Virus record (IMG/VR): IMGVR_UViG_3300032240_000220
Span: 1 to 56,804 of that record
Length of the DNA: 56,804 nucleotides
Reading direction: 5' to 3' (one strand)
From: a virus
Lineage: Duplodnaviria > Caudoviricetes
Shown: positions 19,449 through 28,500 of the stretch, piece by piece
Layout: every line of letters begins with the position of its first letter
Numbering within the stretch: position 1 is the first letter of the stretch
Position numbers and translations under genes: made by a program
The notes under the pieces: model-generated
Told to the model about the DNA's origin: nothing
What the model saw: only the letters and a program-made list of their open reading frames with translations
Databases searched by the model: none

Positions 19449-21427
19449 CCGTATGGTCTCGTATCGCCAATGTCAGCATCAAGAAGCACTCTACCAACTT
19501 GATAGTCACCACCAGCAATATTACTGACAAACTTTAGACGCAACTCGCGCCTTTGCTCACGCATGTCTATCTTTCCTGTGTCTGAATTAAATGGGTAAGG
19601 CCCTGTCGTGACATCTTCTGTTTGCGCAAAAGGTCTACCTGTAACGTACAGGTTCATCTCATTGGTTTGCAAGAAGTCAGGCTCCACACGCTCAAGACGT
19701 ATCCACTTGTTGTTGCCCATCAGAGATGGCTGAGAAGGCCCACCCGAGACCCAGCCAAGGTCATTAGTCTCAAAGTAGCTCTCAATCGCTGTAAAGTCCG
19801 ATCCACGGATTCTGTCAACACCAAATTCATGTTGCCATAGAGATACATAGTCCATCAGGTATGTAACTTCTATTTCAAACCCAGCACCACTTGGCAGGTC
19901 AGCAGACAAGAAGTCGCCTACTATGTAATCAAACCCGTGAGAATTAATTACACAGCTAGTTACTGCTCCGCCAGAAACAATAATTGTTGCTATCGCGCTA
20001 TTGCCTGCTCCACCAGTAAGAGGCACAAAGTTGTATGTACCGTCGTCATAACCAGAACCTGCATTGGTAATGGTAAACAAGGAAACGCCACCTCCAGCGT
20101 TTACAGTCCATTCCGCATTGATTGGATAGTGAAAAACTTGGGAGAAAAATCCAGCAGAGCGACGCGCTCCTAAAGCTTCGCCTGTGTCATACCATGTGTT
20201 CTCACGAATGTTATAGATGATGGCATCTGTACATTCAGTTGCATTACCCCTTGGGTAGAACCACCAAATCTCTCCAAACCGCGGAACCTTGGTCGCATAG
20301 ACTTTCTGTCTTTGAGCGTAGTTCAGGTTGTCAAAGAAGTAGTTCTGGTTCATGTTGTTAGGGATTTCCTTCACAACACCGTTATAGAGCAAGAAGCGGT
20401 CAACGCCACACCAGTAATAAATACCATCGTATTCAATTACAGATTGGCTAGACAGGATAGATGACTGGCTAGAAATAATGTCATAGCGCCAAAACTGAGG
20501 GGGTGTTCCCACACCACCGATGTAGGAGACGCGGATCAGGCTATCAAGGCTCCAAAACAGCCCAGAAGGCGCGTTAGAACCACCCCTGACGGGTAGCCCT
20601 TGGACAATCTTACTTGTCGCTACGTTGGTCTCATTAGCGTCCGCAGACACCCAGTCGTTTGTGTTACCTGCTGAGCAGTTCTTGATCAGACCGTTGTTGC
20701 CGTAAACAAATAAGTATGGATGCAAAGACACAACCCCACCAGAGACGGAAATGTTGTTGTTAAAAGTAACTGTGACCGTACCGTTAGCAGTTGCTGGGTT
20801 TGAGATAACTACGTTTACCGTAGAAACCGAGACCACAGTGGTATTGGCAGGAATACCAGTACCAGTCACCGTCTGACCTGCACCAATCAAGGGGTTGGAC
20901 GCACCAAGAACAATCGTGGTGCTTGTAATTGCTGTAGTAGCAGAATCCGTAAACTTACCAATTTGTGAAAGTGAAGTTCCAGATAAAGAGCCACCTAACA
21001 CTGGTGTATTAGTGGCGTTATCAATTTCGACAATGTCTTGGCTAGGATGAGCAACCAAGAGGTTACTGCCTGAACCACTGACATCGGTAAAGGTATCAAA
21101 CTGCCACAAATTTAAATCACTTGGAGTAAATTCAGTAAGGGTGAAATCTACAATACCAGCGCCAATACCATTGTTGGTAATAGGAATGACCTGTAAGCCG
21201 TTGTTATATCCGCTATACAGATTGTTAAAACCGCTTTGAGGGATGAGATAAACGCCCCGAGAAGGGCCTGCCAATTGGTCAGTAATCAGTCTATACCCAC
21301 CGATTTTGCGGGGACGACCGCGTTGGAAGCGTACCCAGCGACCGCTGTTGTAAAAGTCTTTGTCAAACACAGTGCCATCGCGTTGGACGCCCGGCTTCGT
21401 GTCGAGGGCAAACACCTTTGCTGTCAT
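19445..21427 (-). CDS. Tail nozzle/hub protein (P22 gp10-like, beta-propeller)
   Basis: KPGVQRDGT, WVRFQRGRPRKIGG, FGEIWWFYP; 660 aa; position in the tail module. Confidence 0.7.
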   Translation of the reverse strand: MTAKVFALDTKPGVQRDGTVFDKDFYNSGRWVRFQRGRPRKIGGYRLITDQLAGPSRGVYLIPQSGFNNLYSGYNNGLQVIPITNNGIGAGIVDFTLTEFTPSDLNLWQFDTFTDVSGSGSNLLVAHPSQDIVEIDNATNTPVLGGSLSGTSLSQIGKFTDSATTAITSTTIVLGASNPLIGAGQTVTGTGIPANTTVVSVSTVNVVISNPATANGTVTVTFNNNISVSGGVVSLHPYLFVYGNNGLIKNCSAGNTNDWVSADANETNVATSKIVQGLPVRGGSNAPSGLFWSLDSLIRVSYIGGVGTPPQFWRYDIISSQSSILSSQSVIEYDGIYYWCGVDRFLLYNGVVKEIPNNMNQNYFFDNLNYAQRQKVYATKVPRFGEIWWFYPRGNATECTDAIIYNIRENTWYDTGEALGARRSAGFFSQVFHYPINAEWTVNAGGGVSLFTITNAGSGYDDGTYNFVPLTGGAGNSAIATIIVSGGAVTSCVINSHGFDYIVGDFLSADLPSGAGFEIEVTYLMDYVSLWQHEFGVDRIRGSDFTAIESYFETNDLGWVSGGPSQPSLMGNNKWIRLERVEPDFLQTNEMNLYVTGRPFAQTEDVTTGPYPFNSDTGKIDMREQRRELRLKFVSNIAGGDYQVGRVLLDADIGDTRPYG

Positions 21428-22674
21428 ACAAATGTACCCCCAGAAATTCCACCTTCAAAGTTCCCTGTACCTGTTGCTGAGATATTCCCAATTACATGCT
21501 CTCCTGTAGCCGAGTATTCCACCAACTCATTGCCAAGCACTGAAATTCCCATCAACCCAACCGATGGTCTAAAAATTCCCGTTGTTGGATCAGCCACAAA
21601 ACTAAGCGATGGATTAACCGAAGATCCATTGACCAAGCTAACTGAAGTACCGCCAGTAATCACCGTATTTGCGTTAAATAAGTTTGTTCCATCACAAACC
21701 AATGTTGCTTGCTGGTTGACTGGAACCGCTACTGTATTTCCATACGTAGTTGTAAAAGACAGAGTATATAAACCAGCAATTGTCTGGTTAGATACCACAA
21801 ACAACAACGATGCAGGAGGCAACACAATCGTTACGTCACCAGTCAAAGTTCCAATGTATTCCTGAATGACGTTATTTGCTTCGTTAACCGTCAAAACATA
21901 AGTACCACTTGTTACTGGCTTGACTAATGTTGTAAAAATAAATTGGGTACTCTGTCCATATCCAATCGTTATGTATTCTGACCCTGTGCATATAACAATA
22001 GCCGACTCGACTGGAGCAAAAGGTTTTGTTAAACCTCCATCAATCGTCTCGCCTGTAGAGGCGGTCATTGTCAAATAACCACTACCAATGTTTTTAAATA
22101 AGAAAAACCAGTTGTCGCCAAGACTCGCCGCGGGCGGTAGGTTCAATATTCCAGCACCTGAAGACCAAATCAAAGTTTGAGCGCGATCAGTTGAAGCTAC
22201 CGTATAACCATTAGAAAAACCACCTGTAGGATGGCTCTGGTTAAGGGTAGCGCCTTGGGCTAGCAGTCCGTAACCAGCTAAGACAGAAGCGTCTGGGTTT
22301 GATGTTCCAACACCAAAAGCAAAGATTCCCCATGTACCACCAACATTTGGGTTAGCGGTAACGTAGATGTACTTTGCTTCCCCAGCAAGGATGGTGACGA
22401 TTGTTCCACCACTGTTGTCCAGTACCGTAAAAGTCTCACCGCCTACGTTTTGAATCAGCGCGTCAGTTCCAACCGATGTTTGGTTGGCTGGGGGCATGGT
22501 AAGAGTTCTACCGCTAGTTGGGGCGGTAACTTCCATGATGCGAGCGGCGTAGTTGTCGGTTGCGTTGCCGTTGATAGGCCACGACAGCGTGACATCAGTA
22601 GTCAGCGTAATGGCGCGAAAGCTTACGTCCGTTGGAAGTATGACGTCGCCAGTAAAAGGGGAAACGTAACTCAT
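21424..22674 (-). CDS. Tail structural/short fibre protein
   Basis: beta-rich T/G/V composition, TLTMPPA/LNLPPA repeats, C-terminal ISGGTF. Confidence 0.65.
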   Translation of the reverse strand: MSYVSPFTGDVILPTDVSFRAITLTTDVTLSWPINGNATDNYAARIMEVTAPTSGRTLTMPPANQTSVGTDALIQNVGGETFTVLDNSGGTIVTILAGEAKYIYVTANPNVGGTWGIFAFGVGTSNPDASVLAGYGLLAQGATLNQSHPTGGFSNGYTVASTDRAQTLIWSSGAGILNLPPAASLGDNWFFLFKNIGSGYLTMTASTGETIDGGLTKPFAPVESAIVICTGSEYITIGYGQSTQFIFTTLVKPVTSGTYVLTVNEANNVIQEYIGTLTGDVTIVLPPASLLFVVSNQTIAGLYTLSFTTTYGNTVAVPVNQQATLVCDGTNLFNANTVITGGTSVSLVNGSSVNPSLSFVADPTTGIFRPSVGLMGISVLGNELVEYSATGEHVIGNISATGTGNFEGGISGGTFV

Positions 22675-23306
22675 GAGTCAATCGCTACGGCTTGACGATC
22701 ACCCACGCGAGACTGATCCTCTGCTTTGAGGGTTTGCATGATGAGGTCATATTGTTGTTGCCACATAGGCGTGCGCTCATCGTTCTTGAGGAATGGCATA
22801 GCCTGCAAGAGCGAGCCATATAGCAACGCTTGTGGGGCGTAAATGGTGAACCAGTTGGTCTGGTTGCTTGAGTCCAAGGGTTGAATGCGCTCGTAGTACA
22901 GCACTTCAAACGAGTAGTTTGAGGTTGGTGTAGGGGCAATCAACCAGTGGGTGTAGTCATAGTCTGCGTAGTATTTAGGAACATCCGTCATGGTGGCGTC
23001 AGGCCAATACTCGCGCAGGTACTCATATTTTCTCAACAAGACTGGATTTCTTATGCCACCAACTGTGACGTTCATCGAGACTGTTTTGTGCCAACGAGCA
23101 GGCTTCTCAATGATTGCCTCTGTGGCAACCATGTTGCTTTCGTTGACTGTTAAATTACCAAGAAATTTGATCTGGCTAGCAATAATTTGCTCTGCCAGCA
23201 TGATAAAAGTTGGAATTTTTTGTAGGGTAGCTGTGTCGGTACGTTCCAGATAGGACTGGATGTTTTCAACCAAGCTGTCATAAGTCATTACCGCCGCCGT
23301 CGCCAT
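22671..23306 (-). CDS. Head-tail adaptor/tail tubular-type protein
   Basis: MTYDSLVENIQSYLER, PTFIMLAE, APTP, LLYGSLLQA..FLK motifs. Confidence 0.7.
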   Translation of the reverse strand: MATAAVMTYDSLVENIQSYLERTDTATLQKIPTFIMLAEQIIASQIKFLGNLTVNESNMVATEAIIEKPARWHKTVSMNVTVGGIRNPVLLRKYEYLREYWPDATMTDVPKYYADYDYTHWLIAPTPTSNYSFEVLYYERIQPLDSSNQTNWFTIYAPQALLYGSLLQAMPFLKNDERTPMWQQQYDLIMQTLKAEDQSRVGDRQAVAIDS

Positions 23307-23383
23307 AGAACCGCCTTTTTTGTTTCAAGATTGTTTTGACGCCGCTTTTTCCAAACAGCCATTGCCTGCATTTTAGCCTTCTG

Positions 23384-23860
23384 TCAAGATAAAAACAACG
23401 CCCTTTCGTCTTTGCGGCGGTTTTCCAGTCCCTTTAGGATCTTTCCACCCGCTTTGCAATACTTCAAGAGTTCCTCCGAAGCGCCTTCCATATCCCCGCG
23501 AAGAATCTTTTGACGCAGGGTTGAGCGCTGTAGTGTTCCCAAACCAACATTGAAGCTAAAAGATACAAGAGCATCGAACTGACCTCTGGTAAGTTGTACA
23601 GGGCAGAATAGAACCACACCTCGCTCAAACCTAGCCAAATCTGATTTAAGAATTGCATTGACTTCTTCCATGCTGAATGTGCGGTTGTCTGCGTCTTTGA
23701 GAGGGAACCCGTCTCTATCCTCTATCTTCATCTTGCCCTGCTCTGGATACAGAACATGCCCTACCCCAACCGTCCACAGCTTGGCTGGACAGCGGTAAGG
23801 CTTCTGACGCACCCCTTCATGGTGCTTGATCATCTCAATTGCTTTGTCAGAGATGTTCAT
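23384..23860 (-). CDS. Endolysin, GH24 lysozyme
   Basis: HEGVRQKPYRCPAKLWTVGVGH, QFDALVSFSFNVG, GLENRRKDE. Confidence 0.93.
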   Translation of the reverse strand: MNISDKAIEMIKHHEGVRQKPYRCPAKLWTVGVGHVLYPEQGKMKIEDRDGFPLKDADNRTFSMEEVNAILKSDLARFERGVVLFCPVQLTRGQFDALVSFSFNVGLGTLQRSTLRQKILRGDMEGASEELLKYCKAGGKILKGLENRRKDERALFLS

Positions 23861-24363
23861 TTCTTACCGAATGCTTGTGTACCAAACCAGAACGACACCA
23901 CAGATGCCCAGATGATCTGTGTCTCGTTATCCCACAAAAGGTTTAGCGCCACATCAAACGGCACTTCCTTGTGATAGGCAAACCAGAACCCAAAGATCTC
24001 TACGAAGGCAAATAAGATAAACATGCCGTAGGTTATGGCAGGACGCACCATAGCGCGTGCATTAGTCACCCACTGGCTAGCCCCTTGACCGATAGCAATA
24101 TCGTGAGCATATAGGGCTTGACGTTCTTGCATAGCGGTCTGGGTGTTAGTCACTTCAGCGTTGATTTGGATCTGTTCGGTCTGGATATGCTCAATGCGTT
24201 CCTGCGCTTCTAGCCCAGCTTTCTTTAAGGTCAACTCACGCTCAGTCTGCATTTGAGCCAAAGCAAGCTCATGCTGTTTGTCAGCGCGGTCTTGAAAAAA
24301 ATCCATCAATTTGGGCAATCCCCCCATTAGGAAAGACAGTAAGGTTGAGAATAATGTCATCAT
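23857..24363 (-). CDS. Putative holin (3TM, GTA-holin-like)
   Basis: N-terminal TM, VRPAITY, two C-terminal TMs, FWFG; adjacent to the endolysin. Confidence 0.7.
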   Translation of the reverse strand: MMTLFSTLLSFLMGGLPKLMDFFQDRADKQHELALAQMQTERELTLKKAGLEAQERIEHIQTEQIQINAEVTNTQTAMQERQALYAHDIAIGQGASQWVTNARAMVRPAITYGMFILFAFVEIFGFWFAYHKEVPFDVALNLLWDNETQIIWASVVSFWFGTQAFGKK

Positions 24364-24536
24364 TTTGATTCCTTTAGTTCACGTTTAAGTTTGCGCAATT
24401 CTTTGATCTCTTGCTTGAGTTGTGCTCGCATATATAGAGTTTCCACATATGCCATCGATGTAACTCCTACAACTATGCATATGGCTACCCCTATCAATAT
24501 CCACCAGACAAGCTTCGTAGTTGCCACATTAGCCAC
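24360..24536 (-). CDS. Small TM plus coiled-coil protein, 58 aa (not in ORF track)
   Basis: Hand-translated from GTG: MANVATTKLVWWILIGVAICIVVGV...KELRKLKRELKESK; stop overlaps the holin ATG. Confidence 0.6.
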   Translation of the reverse strand: MANVATTKLVWWILIGVAICIVVGVTSMAYVETLYMRAQLKQEIKELRKLKRELKESK

Positions 24537-25203
24537 CCAAAAAACATTGATATGAACATCACGGCAATCACCCCACTTATTAACTCAATGACTCGAATCT
24601 CGTCCTGTTCCTTGCGCCACCTAGCCAACCTAGACCTGCGAAGCGTCTCAGCCCTTGCCCACTCCTGTTCACGCTCAATCTTTCCATGCATCACTAAAAA
24701 CCTGCTGTACAGATTCTTAAGCTGAGGAGGCGCGTACACCATTACCTCTCTGACATCCTGCATCAAATCTTCAAGCTGAAGCTCAATAAGCACCCTCTCG
24801 ACCGCTTTTTTGCTGGTGTTTTGGGCTGGGTTGTAGCTAGTCTTTGATTCCTCTTCTAGAGCATGGTAGTGGTCGTTGATCTGTTGTTGTACGTCAAAGA
24901 GCGTTCCAAGCTGGAGTCCAATGTCGTTGAAGAGCTTAGTTTCCAACTCGTCGTAGGACTGTTGCTTGGCTTTGGCTTTCTTTTGCGCCACAGGCTTGGG
25001 GACATCGGCGGTGGGCTTGGTTGTGAAAAGACCGAAGAACCACTGGAAGACCCCCTTGATAGCCTTCGCGTCATCAATAACTTGCTCAGCAGTCTTTTTA
25101 GCGCCCTCGATCTCCAAGCGACCAGCGTGCAACATGTCGCACCCTGATTTGATGGCAGAGACGGCTGTTTGAGCGAGGAGGAGGAGGCTAAAAATGGATC
25201 CAT
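24494..25203 (-). CDS. Coiled-coil protein with C-terminal TM; probable frameshift near the 5' end
   Basis: Main frame runs 24494-25192; the natural start ATG GAT CCA at 25203 is out of frame across a T5 run. Confidence 0.6.
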
Positions 25204-25205
25204 AT

Positions 25206-25400
25206 CTAGATGCCTAAAAGCTTCTTGACAAACTCGCCCGCGACGCCGGGGCCAAACAACACGGCCACAATCACCGCATAAAGAATGTATTCAATGCGTT
25301 GCATACGGTCTTGCCCACTCTCCAAACGATCAGAGATAACCCGATACCGCTCTGAGCATATGGCTTCGTGGACAGCAAAGTCTTTCTCTATGTCACTCAT
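25206..25400 (-). CDS. Small membrane protein (XhlA/holin-like)
   Basis: HEAICSERY coiled coil plus C-terminal TM, next to the lysis genes. Confidence 0.65.
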   Translation of the reverse strand: MSDIEKDFAVHEAICSERYRVISDRLESGQDRMQRIEYILYAVIVAVLFGPGVAGEFVKKLLGI

Positions 25401-25566
25401 TTGATTCTGGCTCCTTGGGTGGTTCAGCGGCTACTTGAGCTATGCCCTGAACACGAATCTTGTTAAACAAGTCAATGACTTCATCCAATGGTCGCTTGCT
25501 CAATAAAGCAAGGATTTGGTCAACTTCTTTGACTGTTAGTTTAATTGTGATTTCTTTATTTTCCAT
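25393..25566 (-). CDS. Small hypothetical protein, 57 aa (not in ORF track)
   Basis: Hand-translated MENKEITIKLTVKEVDQILALLSKRPLDEVIDLFNKIRVQG...; AGGAG RBS. Confidence 0.7.
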   Translation of the reverse strand: MENKEITIKLTVKEVDQILALLSKRPLDEVIDLFNKIRVQGIAQVAAEPPKEPESNE

Positions 25567-25578
25567 TTTCGTCTCCTG

Positions 25579-28500
25579 TTAAAACATTAAGAAAAAGTTT
25601 CCAGTGGCTGTTGCACTAAAAGTAAACACAAAACCCAATGATCCACCATTGGTTGAGTTATTTATAGACCAAGTAGTCGTTGTTGGATAAGCGCGCACAA
25701 ATGTTGGTACAACGTAGTTAACACCAGACAGAGATCCTGCGCCTGTATAAATCAACGTAGCAGGAGATAAGTAAGATGTTCCCGTGATGGTTAACAGGTT
25801 TCCAGAAGTTCCAGTGGCAGTCCATGCTCCTACTGTTTGAGTGGTAGTGCCTAAATCAATAGTATTTGCAACAGTTTTTATACTGGATATTTTTGCAAAT
25901 GTGTTGTTACCCGTGATGGTAAGTGTTGAAATACCTGTTGCACCACCAATAGATAGTTCTGGATAAGAAAGACCGCCACCTGCAAATGTTTTGGCTGTGG
26001 TTGACGTATCATTAAGAGATATGTTTCCTGTGCCTTTATTTATTGTGGCATTTGTGGAAGTTGCCATATTCCACACAGTGCCTGTACCTAATAAAACAAG
26101 AGAACTAGAGCCAAAAGTAAGGGTTCTAGTACCGCTACCAGATGAAGAAAATGTAGACGTGAATAATGCAAAGTTATTTAAATTTAGTGTTCCATTAGTT
26201 AATGTTGTTGAGACAACTGCGTTTGTTGAAAACGAATCTTGCAAAGTAACAGAACCACTTGGACTGTTAATGATAATAGGTTGAGAAAAAAGTTTAGAGA
26301 CACTTGTAATTGTTTGTGTAGTTCGTCCTGCAAATGTCATTGCTCCAGTGCCAGACAACGTAATCCCACTACCATTAATCCAATTACCATAAATAAATGG
26401 TGTAGCTGTACTTGTAGCTAACGTCATAGTATTTGACGTTCTCAATGACATATCTATTGTGCCAATGTTGTAGTTGGCGTTAATAGTTGTTGTTGAGCCA
26501 GACGCAGGGTATGTAGCCGCTGGGAAAATGGCGGTATCTTGTGCTAAAGGGAATCTATTTGCATTTGTTGCGCCACCCGACGTACTAGCCCAAGAACCTG
26601 TTCCAGTTGCACCCCAATTAGCAGAACCTGTTTGTGCAAAATAATGCGTTCTAGCGGAGGTAAATGTTATATTTCCACTATTACCGCCACAGTCACCTAT
26701 ACGAGTATTTACACCACCAACAGTCCACGTACCCGCACCCGTAATATCTTGAAAATCAACATCTGTTAAATCTATATTGGGAATAGTCAATGTGCGTGTA
26801 GTACCAAATACAGAGGATAAAATCATTATTCGATATGCCGAGGCAGTACCAGCAGTTACTGTTAGATAGTTAATTGTTTGGTCTGCGGCAAACGTTATTT
26901 TGCCGATTCCAATAGTAGTTCTACCAGTTATAGATACATTATTAAATGTATTTGCGCCTGTTATTGATGGTGTAGTAAGAGCCGTAGATGTAAAAGATAC
27001 GTCAGAAAATGTTTGTCCGCCACCAGCAAATGTTGCACCTGCGCCAGAAAGATTAATTGTTGATGTCCCAGCATTTAATGTAGCATTAGTGCTGGATGTC
27101 ATATTCCAAGGAATAGCGATTGAACTTAACGTAAGTGTAGAAGCATTTAAATTAATTGTTCTTGCATTTGCATTACTTGAAGAAAAAACTGAAGCAGTCA
27201 CAGCATAATTTCCAGATGATGATGTACTAAACGTGCCATAAGTAATCGCAACCGTATTACCGCCAATATTTAACGCACTTCCAAGCGTCCAAGTAGAACC
27301 AATACCGTTCACAGCGACTGAACTTCCTAGTGTTACTCCATTGGTTATAAATGTATAACTAGAATTACCAACGCAGTTTATTGTGCCTGTGTAAGTATTA
27401 GTAATACCTGTAGCGGCAAACGATACGTTACCGTGGAATGCAATATTAACAAATCCAGCAAAAGTCACGTTACCAGATGCAGGGCCAGCCATCGTAAACG
27501 ATGCACATCGAGCAATTGCTACACCAGCGTCAATTGTTGCTGTGTAAGCTGTAGCGTTAGATGCTGAGTTAAACGTGACTGTGTCCAAAGACATTGGAAT
27601 AGACGCGCCAGATGCACCGCCTGAGGATGTAGACCACTTAGTTGTTGATGACCAGTTACCTGTACCGCCTACCCAATACAGAGTTCGTGCGGCAGGTGTT
27701 GCTGTAAAGAAGATTGGGCCAGTGTTACCAGCGGTGTTTGTGCTATTTGCACCTACGTAGAACTCGCCTACGCTTGTTGTTGACACGGCGCAATAACTAA
27801 TTGACAAGTAATCGATGCCTGTGTTTGCAGGGCCAGTAATAAAAAGTGTATAAGCTGTAGCTACTGATGAGGGTTGAACAGTTACTACATTACCCGCCGT
27901 TCCTGTAACAGACCATTTCCCAATGGAGTAAATCTCAATTGAAAAAATTGTAATTGTGTGCGCTGTAGTTTTTGTAGACGCTAACTCCCCAAGAACAAAA
28001 GTCCCTCGTAAACTAAAGTTTGAAATGGCACTGCCACCAATTGTTATTTTGTTGTAATATTGACCAGAGGCGGCTACAAATCCACGAGGAGTTGTGGTGT
28101 TGTTAGAAAATACTATGTTTGATTGGCCCGTAAATATAGTGCTAGTAATAATACTTGTATCCCAAGAATAAAGTTGTGCGCCAGTAATAGTCCATGTACT
28201 ATTCCCCATTTTTAGCACACAATTAGCCCCTGAAATGCTAAAAAGACTTGCCGTCACAGCAAAGTTTGCTGAATCAAAAGTTCCGCTAGTTATAGATATA
28301 CCATTACCTGAAGTAAAAGCATCTGCAAGTTGTAAAACCGTATTAGGTGATGCTGGCGATACCACTAAACTTGAACCAAACGAAGCACCATTACAAGTAA
28401 TTGTTTGTGTGCCAAATTTTACAAAAAGTAAATTTGCAGAACCTGATGTAGCTACTCCTGTACCAAGTTTGAAATTTCCATAGATAGATGTGTTTACTGA

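Noticed and set aside
24856-25203. 115-aa Ser-rich ORF as a real protein
   Set aside because: It overlaps the 213-aa ORF out of frame and has implausible composition; better explained by a frame break at 25190-25194
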